Shown here: in pieces, positions 6,174-10,699 of the stretch
Layout of the letters: each line of letters opens with the position of its first letter
How positions within the stretch are numbered: position 1 is the first letter of the stretch
Assembly (NCBI GenBank): GCA_046758745.1
Contig: JBHIAV010000071.1
Location: forward strand, 1 to 10,699
Source of the DNA: Gemmatimonadota bacterium
GTDB taxonomy: Bacteria > Gemmatimonadota > Gemmatimonadetes > Palauibacterales > Palauibacteraceae
Length of the DNA: 10,699 nt
Reading direction: 5' to 3'
The notes under the pieces: generated by a model
Database searches by the model: none
What the model was told of the DNA's origin: nothing
The model's input: the letters and a program-made list of their open reading frames with translations, nothing else
Program-made: the position numbers and the translations under genes

Positions 6174-7196
6174 GTGAGAAGGTACGGAAGCATCACACGC
6201 CTCATCCTCGTCGGCACCGTGCTCGTCGTGGCGGCCGCGTGCGGCGACCGCGGTCGGGACGACCTGCGGACGGATGTGGATCGAAGGCTGAATCTGGCCC
6301 TGGCGGAGGAGCCCGAGCAGGCCGCGCTGCAGGATTTCCCGCAGCCCGTCGCACCCGTTCAGCCTGAGCGGCCGGCGGCGGCGGGACAGACCGCTTCGGC
6401 CCCGGGGGCGGAAGCGCCGACGCCCGAACCCGAAGAGCCCGAGGCTCCCGAGGCCTCTCCACCGGAGTCGCAGACCCCGCCGGCCCCGGCCGCTGCGCCG
6501 CAGCCGCCTCCGCCGGAACCTCCCTCGGAGGAGCCGCCGGAACCTCCCGTGGAGCAGCCGCCGGCAGCACCATTGGAGGCGGACCTCGGCCCCGGCGCAC
6601 TCGCAGAGAGCGGCTCCGCTACAGAGGAGGGCCCGGCGACCGAGAGCGTGACCGTCCCGAGCGGCACCAGCTTCCAGGTGAGGCTGCTCCAGCAGGTCAC
6701 GACCCGCTGGAGCCGTCCGGGCGACCTGTTCCTCACCGAGCTGACCAGCCCCATCAGCGACGGGGAGAGAGTTCTCGTGCCGGCGGGAACCACCATCCGG
6801 GGACGAGTCACGCGGGTCCGGGAGCCCTCAAGGCGGGGCGACGCCGGCTCCATCGACGTGCAGCTCGAGGCGATCTCGATCGACGGCTCCAGCTATCCGA
6901 TCGAGGCCACGATCACCGAGCTGCAGACCGAGACGGTTCGGCGTCCGGGCGATGGCGGCGGTGCCGGACGGGTCGCGGGTGGGGCACTCACCGGGGCCAT
7001 CCTGGGTCGCATTCTGGGTGGGAACACGAAGGGTGCACTGATCGGCGCAGCTGCCGGCGCGGGTCTCGGAGCGCTCCGTTCGGGCGGGGGTGGGGGCATC
7101 GAGGATGTGGTGCTGGCGGTGGGCTCCCAGATCTCCTGCGTTCTGGCCCAGCCCGTGACGATCCAGCGGCAGCTTCTCGCCGCGGGAAGCGGCTAG
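6174..7196 (+). CDS. Lipoprotein with Pro/Glu-rich linker, beta-rich (TrbI/VirB10-like) domain and glycine zipper, 340 aa
   Basis: RBS GAGAGG then GTG. Signal peptide MRRYGSITRLILVGTVLVVAAA-C23. About 110 aa of P/E/A low complexity, then VPSGTSFQVRL...GDLFLTELTSPI...VLVPAGTTIRGRV, then the glycine zipper GGALTGAILGRILGGNTKGALIGAAAGAGLG and a closing strand DVVLAVGSQISCVLAQPVTI. Confidence 0.85.
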   Translation: MRRYGSITRLILVGTVLVVAAACGDRGRDDLRTDVDRRLNLALAEEPEQAALQDFPQPVAPVQPERPAAAGQTASAPGAEAPTPEPEEPEAPEASPPESQTPPAPAAAPQPPPPEPPSEEPPEPPVEQPPAAPLEADLGPGALAESGSATEEGPATESVTVPSGTSFQVRLLQQVTTRWSRPGDLFLTELTSPISDGERVLVPAGTTIRGRVTRVREPSRRGDAGSIDVQLEAISIDGSSYPIEATITELQTETVRRPGDGGGAGRVAGGALTGAILGRILGGNTKGALIGAAAGAGLGALRSGGGGGIEDVVLAVGSQISCVLAQPVTIQRQLLAAGSG

Positions 7197-7245
7197 GCCT
7201 CGCTCCGGAAACCGGCTGCTCCTCGCCGCCTCAGCCGCCCGATGG

Positions 7246-8490
7246 TCACGGCCTGAAGGAGGGCCTCTTGTCCACCGCTGGGTGGATCGTGAGTCGGGAC
7301 CGGTTCGTGCCATCCGCTCTCACCGCGAAGATGTCGCCTTCGCCGTGATAGGCCAGCACGTCGCCGACCGGCGACCACGCGGGCTCCGAACCTCCACCAT
7401 CGCTCAGCTGTCTCTCATCCGTGCCGTCGCGTCGGATCACGTAGATCTCGCTCCGTCCGGTTCGGTTGGAGGTGAACGCGAGCCATTCCCCGTCCGGCGA
7501 CCAGCGGGGCATGATCCCTTCCGCCAAAGCGACCTGATTCGATCCGTCCGGATCCATGGTGACGACGGAAGTGCCCTTGGTGAAGGCGATCGTGCTGCCA
7601 TCGGGAGACCAATCCGGCGCAAAATCATCGACGGCGCTGTCGGTGATCCGCTGGCGCTCGGAGCCGTCCACGCGAATCCTGTAGATCTTCAGCCCGCTGA
7701 TGACCGGCTCCGAATTCACTCGCTTCGTGAGGGCGAGCCACGCTCCATCCGGAGACCAGGCGAGTCGAAAAGGCCACGGGGTGTCCGTGAGCGGCTCCAG
7801 AACCCGCAGCCCGCCGCCGTCGGCTTGGACGAGCGAGACGGCCATCTTCCCGCCGTCGCTGTAGAACGCCAGGGTCCGGCCATCCGGCGACCACTCGGCG
7901 AAGCCGTTGACGAGCTGGCCGAACGTCAGTCGTCGCTTGTTGTCTCCGTCAGCGTCCATCACCCAGTGATCGGGTTCGCCGCCGCGCCATGACCGAAAGG
8001 CCAGTCGGCGCGAGGGCGACCACAGCGGCCAGCTGTCGCTGGCCGGGTGGACCGTGAGCCGAGTGAGCGCGGTACCGTTGGCCTTGACGGTATAGATGTC
8101 GAACTCGCCGGCACGATCACTCGCGAATGCGATCGTCGCCGCGGGCTCGCATACGACGGAGAAGCCCACAGAGGTCGTCTCTGTGGATCGAACAGCTACC
8201 TGACGCGACGGCCTATCCACGATCGGACAGTTCACCGATGCATCCGTCAACTCCACACCATACTCGCCGGGAGCCAAGTTCGAGATGGTGACGGTTCCGT
8301 TCACCGGGAGGAGCTGACTGACGGAAGTTCCGGAAACGGTGACGAGGTAGCCGTTCGGATCGACATCGGTTCCCGTAGTCGTAACCGACACCTCAACGGC
8401 GCCGGTCGGCTGCGGCGCGGTAGGAGCCGTTGAGCGTCCCCCGCAAGCGGCGCCTACCAGCGCGCAGAGCAGAAGGGCGGTGTTCCTCAC
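7246..8490 (-). CDS. TolB-like (PD40-repeat) beta-propeller lipoprotein with N-terminal Ig-like/beta-sandwich domain, 414 aa
   Basis: Repeated WSPDG-x-x-(L/I)AF blades (WSPSRRLAF, WSPDGRTLAF, WSPDGAWLAL, WSPDGSTIAF, WSPDGEWLAF, WSPVGDVLAY). GTG 8490 with RBS GGAGGA gives MRNTALLLCALVGAA-C16. The N-domain is GAVEVSVTTTGTDVDPNGYLVTV...NLAPGEYGVEL. Not called tolB because it lacks the TolB N-domain and there is no tol-pal context. Confidence 0.9.
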   Translation of the reverse strand: MRNTALLLCALVGAACGGRSTAPTAPQPTGAVEVSVTTTGTDVDPNGYLVTVSGTSVSQLLPVNGTVTISNLAPGEYGVELTDASVNCPIVDRPSRQVAVRSTETTSVGFSVVCEPAATIAFASDRAGEFDIYTVKANGTALTRLTVHPASDSWPLWSPSRRLAFRSWRGGEPDHWVMDADGDNKRRLTFGQLVNGFAEWSPDGRTLAFYSDGGKMAVSLVQADGGGLRVLEPLTDTPWPFRLAWSPDGAWLALTKRVNSEPVISGLKIYRIRVDGSERQRITDSAVDDFAPDWSPDGSTIAFTKGTSVVTMDPDGSNQVALAEGIMPRWSPDGEWLAFTSNRTGRSEIYVIRRDGTDERQLSDGGGSEPAWSPVGDVLAYHGEGDIFAVRADGTNRSRLTIHPAVDKRPSFRP

Positions 8491-8551
8491 CGATCCTCCA
8501 AGGTCTCTTGAAGCCACCCCCGTATCGCGTTCGTTCACCCGGCGCTTCTCA

Positions 8552-8602
8552 AGATTGTAGAATCTGCCTTAGTTCATATAACACAATTATCGTGTCTACA
8601 GT
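8552..8602. promoter_or_regulatory. AT-rich divergent promoter region with palindromic candidate operators
   Basis: Sharp AT-rich patch in GC-rich DNA. TACAAT -10 on the - strand (8559-8554). TTCATA-N18-TACAGT on + (8573-8602). Palindromes AGATT-gtag-AATCT (8552-8565) and ACAC-aattatc-GTGT (8581-8595). Confidence 0.5.
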
Positions 8603-8967
8603 GTGATGAGAAAGGATGATTCGAGCCCTCAGAGGCCGGAGGCCCTGGCTTTCTCATCCGGCCCGACAGGGAAACAGCTCAAACTTTTCATACCCGGACG
8701 CAGAGGCAAAGGTCTTGAAGAGGTCTCGTCGCGGGCGTTCCGCTTCTGGCTCGGCTACCAGGAGGAGAGCCATGGGCAGCTCAGGCCGCGATCGCAGCGT
8801 CCTGCCGCGATTCATCGGCGGGTTGTGAACCGGAGCCGCGAGGCGGACGGCACCCGGTGGAACGGCACTTGCTGCGCACTGATCCCTTTTCGGGATGCGC
8901 CGGCTCGACCCGACCTCCTCGCACAGCGCCGGCGCCAGTGATCACTTCCCAGCAACGACGGAACGCG

Positions 8968-10699
8968 ATGGCTGAGGGAGCCGGCGAAAGAATCCCCTCC
9001 TGGAGCAGAGCCCCTGCTCCTGGCGACGATGCCGTCGAGCGCTTCCACATTTGGATGCCCAGGCCCCTCCTCCGGAGCATCTTCTGGATGCCGGTCCCGC
9101 GCGTTCCACCGGCGAAGCGGGAAGGCGCATACGACGTCTTCATCATGCAGCACGCCCTCGCCGACCTGCTGGACCATGTGGGGAGCGCCCCTCCCGGCGA
9201 ACGACCATTCGGCTTCCTCGTGGGCGACCTCTGCGAGGATCTGGACGCGGCCGTGCGCTACGTGCTCATCAGCACCGTGTGTCGTTCGCCCGTCCCGTTC
9301 ATCGAGGACTCCCGCAGTCAGATTACAGCGGAAGCATGGGCGGCTCTCCAGCGTGCGGCGGACCTCCGGCGTGGAAGTCTCGTCGGCTGGTATCACCGAC
9401 ATGCGAGCGGACCCATCGAGCTGTCGGAACACGACCTCGCCACGCATCGAAGGCATTTCAGCGAGCCGTGGCACAGCGCCATCCTCGTGGTCACCGACCA
9501 CGAACAACGGAAGGGTGGCTTCTTCCGACGCACCTCCAGAGGCTTCTCGGGCTCCCTACTTCTGCCGTTCTATGAGGTGGTCGCTTCCGAGTGCCTCCTG
9601 GTCAAGGGCGGAAAACGCACGCGGCTGGACTGGAGCAACGTCGCGACCGAGGACCCGGTGGTCCGGCAGCCGCTTCCGAAGGCGCACCCTCCTTCAGCGC
9701 CTGCGGGGAGGACGGATGCCCTCGCGGCTGCCGCGGATTCGGACGACGCGAGGCTCGACATGGAGCCGGCGGACACCTCGGAGCCGACGGAGGGAACGCC
9801 CGGCCGCAACGCAGACGAAGCGCCCGTTCGCCCGGCTCCGTCGACCGGCCCGACGAGCGCCATAGCCCTGGAGGCGGCAAAGCGAGCGGTCGAAGCGGAA
9901 GCCGCGGAGAAGGCGGTCGAGCTCGAGGAGGAGCGGCGGAAGGCGGCGGAAGCCGTACGCAGGGCGGAGGCGGAAGCCGCCCAGAGAGCCGCAGAGCTGG
10001 AGGCGGCCCGAAGGACCGCGGCCGCAGCGGCCCGCAAGGCGGTCGAGCAGAAAGCTGCGCGCCGGGCGGCCGAGCTCGAGGAGGAGCGGCGGAAGGCGCA
10101 GGAGGCGGCCCGCAGAGCGGAGGCGGCAGCCGCCCGCCAGGCCGCAGAGCTGGAGGCGGCGCGCCAGGCCGCACGGGAGGCGACGCGCCGGGCGGCCGAA
10201 GCGGAGGCGGCGCGGAAGGCGGCCGAGCAGGAGGCGGCGTGCCGGGCGGCGGAAGAGGCGGCGCGGAAGGCCGCCGAGGAGGAGGAAGCCGCCCGTAGAG
10301 CCGCGGAGCTGGAAGCCGCCCGCCAGGCCGCGGAAAAAGAGGCGGCCCGCCAGGCCGCGGAAGCGGAGGCCGCCTTGCGAGCGGCCGAGCAGGAGGCGGC
10401 GCGCCGGGGGGCGGAGGAAGAGGCGCGCAAGGCGGCGGAAGAAGAGGCGGCCCAGAAGGCCGCCGAGCTGGAAACCGCCCGGAAGGCCGCCGCGGAAGCG
10501 GCCCGGAAGGCGGAGGAGGAAGAGGCGGCGCGCCGGAGCGCTGAAGCAGAGGCAGCCCGCAAGGCGGAGGAGGCGGAGCGGCGGGCGGAGCAGGTGGCGC
10601 GCAGGGCGGAGGCGGAGGCCGCCCGCAAGGCCGCCGAGCTGGAAGCGGCCCGAAGGGCGGCTGTGGAGGAGGCGGAGCGGCGGGCCGCGGAAGCCGAGG
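8968..10699 (+). CDS. JAB/MPN (Mov34/JAMM) domain protein with a long A/E/R/K-rich repeat helix; 3'-truncated by the window end (at least 577 aa)
   Basis: Absent from the ORF track because it has no stop in the window. Frame +1 is open from 8719 to the end. My translation: MAEGAGERIPSW...YDVFIMQHALADLLDHVGSAPPGERPFGFLVGDLCED...RYVLISTV...GSLVGWYHRHASGPIELSEHDLATHRRHFSEPWHSAILVVTD...GGFF...PFYEVV...LDWSNV, then a P/A/D/E linker, then ALEAAKRAVEAEAAEKAVELEEERRKAAEA... The start is uncertain (ATG 8968 or GTG 8938). Confidence 0.88.
   Translation, partial: MAEGAGERIPSWSRAPAPGDDAVERFHIWMPRPLLRSIFWMPVPRVPPAKREGAYDVFIMQHALADLLDHVGSAPPGERPFGFLVGDLCEDLDAAVRYVLISTVCRSPVPFIEDSRSQITAEAWAALQRAADLRRGSLVGWYHRHASGPIELSEHDLATHRRHFSEPWHSAILVVTDHEQRKGGFFRRTSRGFSGSLLLPFYEVVASECLLVKGGKRTRLDWSNVATEDPVVRQPLPKAHPPSAPAGRTDALAAAADSDDARLDMEPADTSEPTEGTPGRNADEAPVRPAPSTGPTSAIALEAAKRAVEAEAAEKAVELEEERRKAAEAVRRAEAEAAQRAAELEAARRTAAAAARKAVEQKAARRAAELEEERRKAQEAARRAEAAAARQAAELEAARQAAREATRRAAEAEAARKAAEQEAACRAAEEAARKAAEEEEAARRAAELEAARQAAEKEAARQAAEAEAALRAAEQEAARRGAEEEARKAAEEEAAQKAAELETARKAAAEAARKAEEEEAARRSAEAEAARKAEEAERRAEQVARRAEAEAARKAAELEAARRAAVEEAERRAAEAE
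9865..10699 (+). repeat. Intragenic degenerate tandem repeat region (153-bp duplication and ~27-bp / 9-aa units)
   Basis: The 28-nt string CGAGCTCGAGGAGGAGCGGCGGAAGGCG is identical at 9918-9945 and 10071-10098 (153 nt = 51 aa apart). From 10300 there are serial units AAELEAARQ / AAEKEAARQ / AAEAEAALR / AAEQEAARR / GAEEEARK / AAEEEAAQK / AAELETARK. Confidence 0.85.

Noticed and set aside
8620-8680. c-di-GMP-I riboswitch-like fragment (AAAGCC...GCCTCCGGCCT on -)
   Set aside because: No GNRA tetraloop/receptor P2 stem and no GGGACGCAAAGC core. The resemblance is only local.
9570-10628. 352-aa Ala/Ser/Arg-rich - strand ORF, plus ORFs 9029-9865, 9051-9575, 9591-10298 and 8812-9507
   Set aside because: Shadows of the real frame +1 JAB-helix gene, which the track omitted for lack of a stop codon.
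7246-10699. Tol-Pal locus (TolB-like gene next to a TolA-like A/E/K helix)
   Set aside because: The genes are divergent, there is no tolQ, tolR or pal, the helix protein lacks the N-terminal TolA TM anchor and has a JAB domain instead, and the propeller protein is a lipoprotein without the TolB N-domain.
9918-10699. CRISPR-like or mobile repeat array
   Set aside because: The repeats are degenerate, codon-phased and lack unique spacers, so they are explained by the protein repeat.
1-10699. Frequent CGATCG / ATCGAT palindromes (HIP1-like enrichment)
   Set aside because: The full GCGATCGC octamer was seen only occasionally. The hexamers are explained by common ATC-GAN and NCG-ATC codon pairs in GC-rich genes, and no count against expectation could be run.

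Overview
GC-rich bacterial window; the style of the lipoproteins suggests Gemmatimonadota or a similar diderm (inference only). In order: a cold-shock protein gene (-) with its terminator and a long leader that holds a sigma70-like promoter, a 7-codon uORF and an internal terminator; a cobalamin-binding radical SAM enzyme coupled to a 6-TPR lipoprotein (+); a clade-D beta-carbonic anhydrase, a GSI-alpha-type glutamine synthetase and a small helical hypothetical protein (-); a Pro-rich lipoprotein with a glycine-zipper C-terminus (+); a TolB-like PD40 beta-propeller lipoprotein (-). The ORF track misses a large + strand ORF (about 8968 to the window end, no stop codon) that joins a JAB/MPN (JAMM-motif) domain to more than 270 aa of Ala/Glu/Arg/Lys repeat helix. 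This protein and the attenuator-like csp leader are the most interesting elements. No CRISPR array, rRNA, tRNA or recognisable mobile element was seen.
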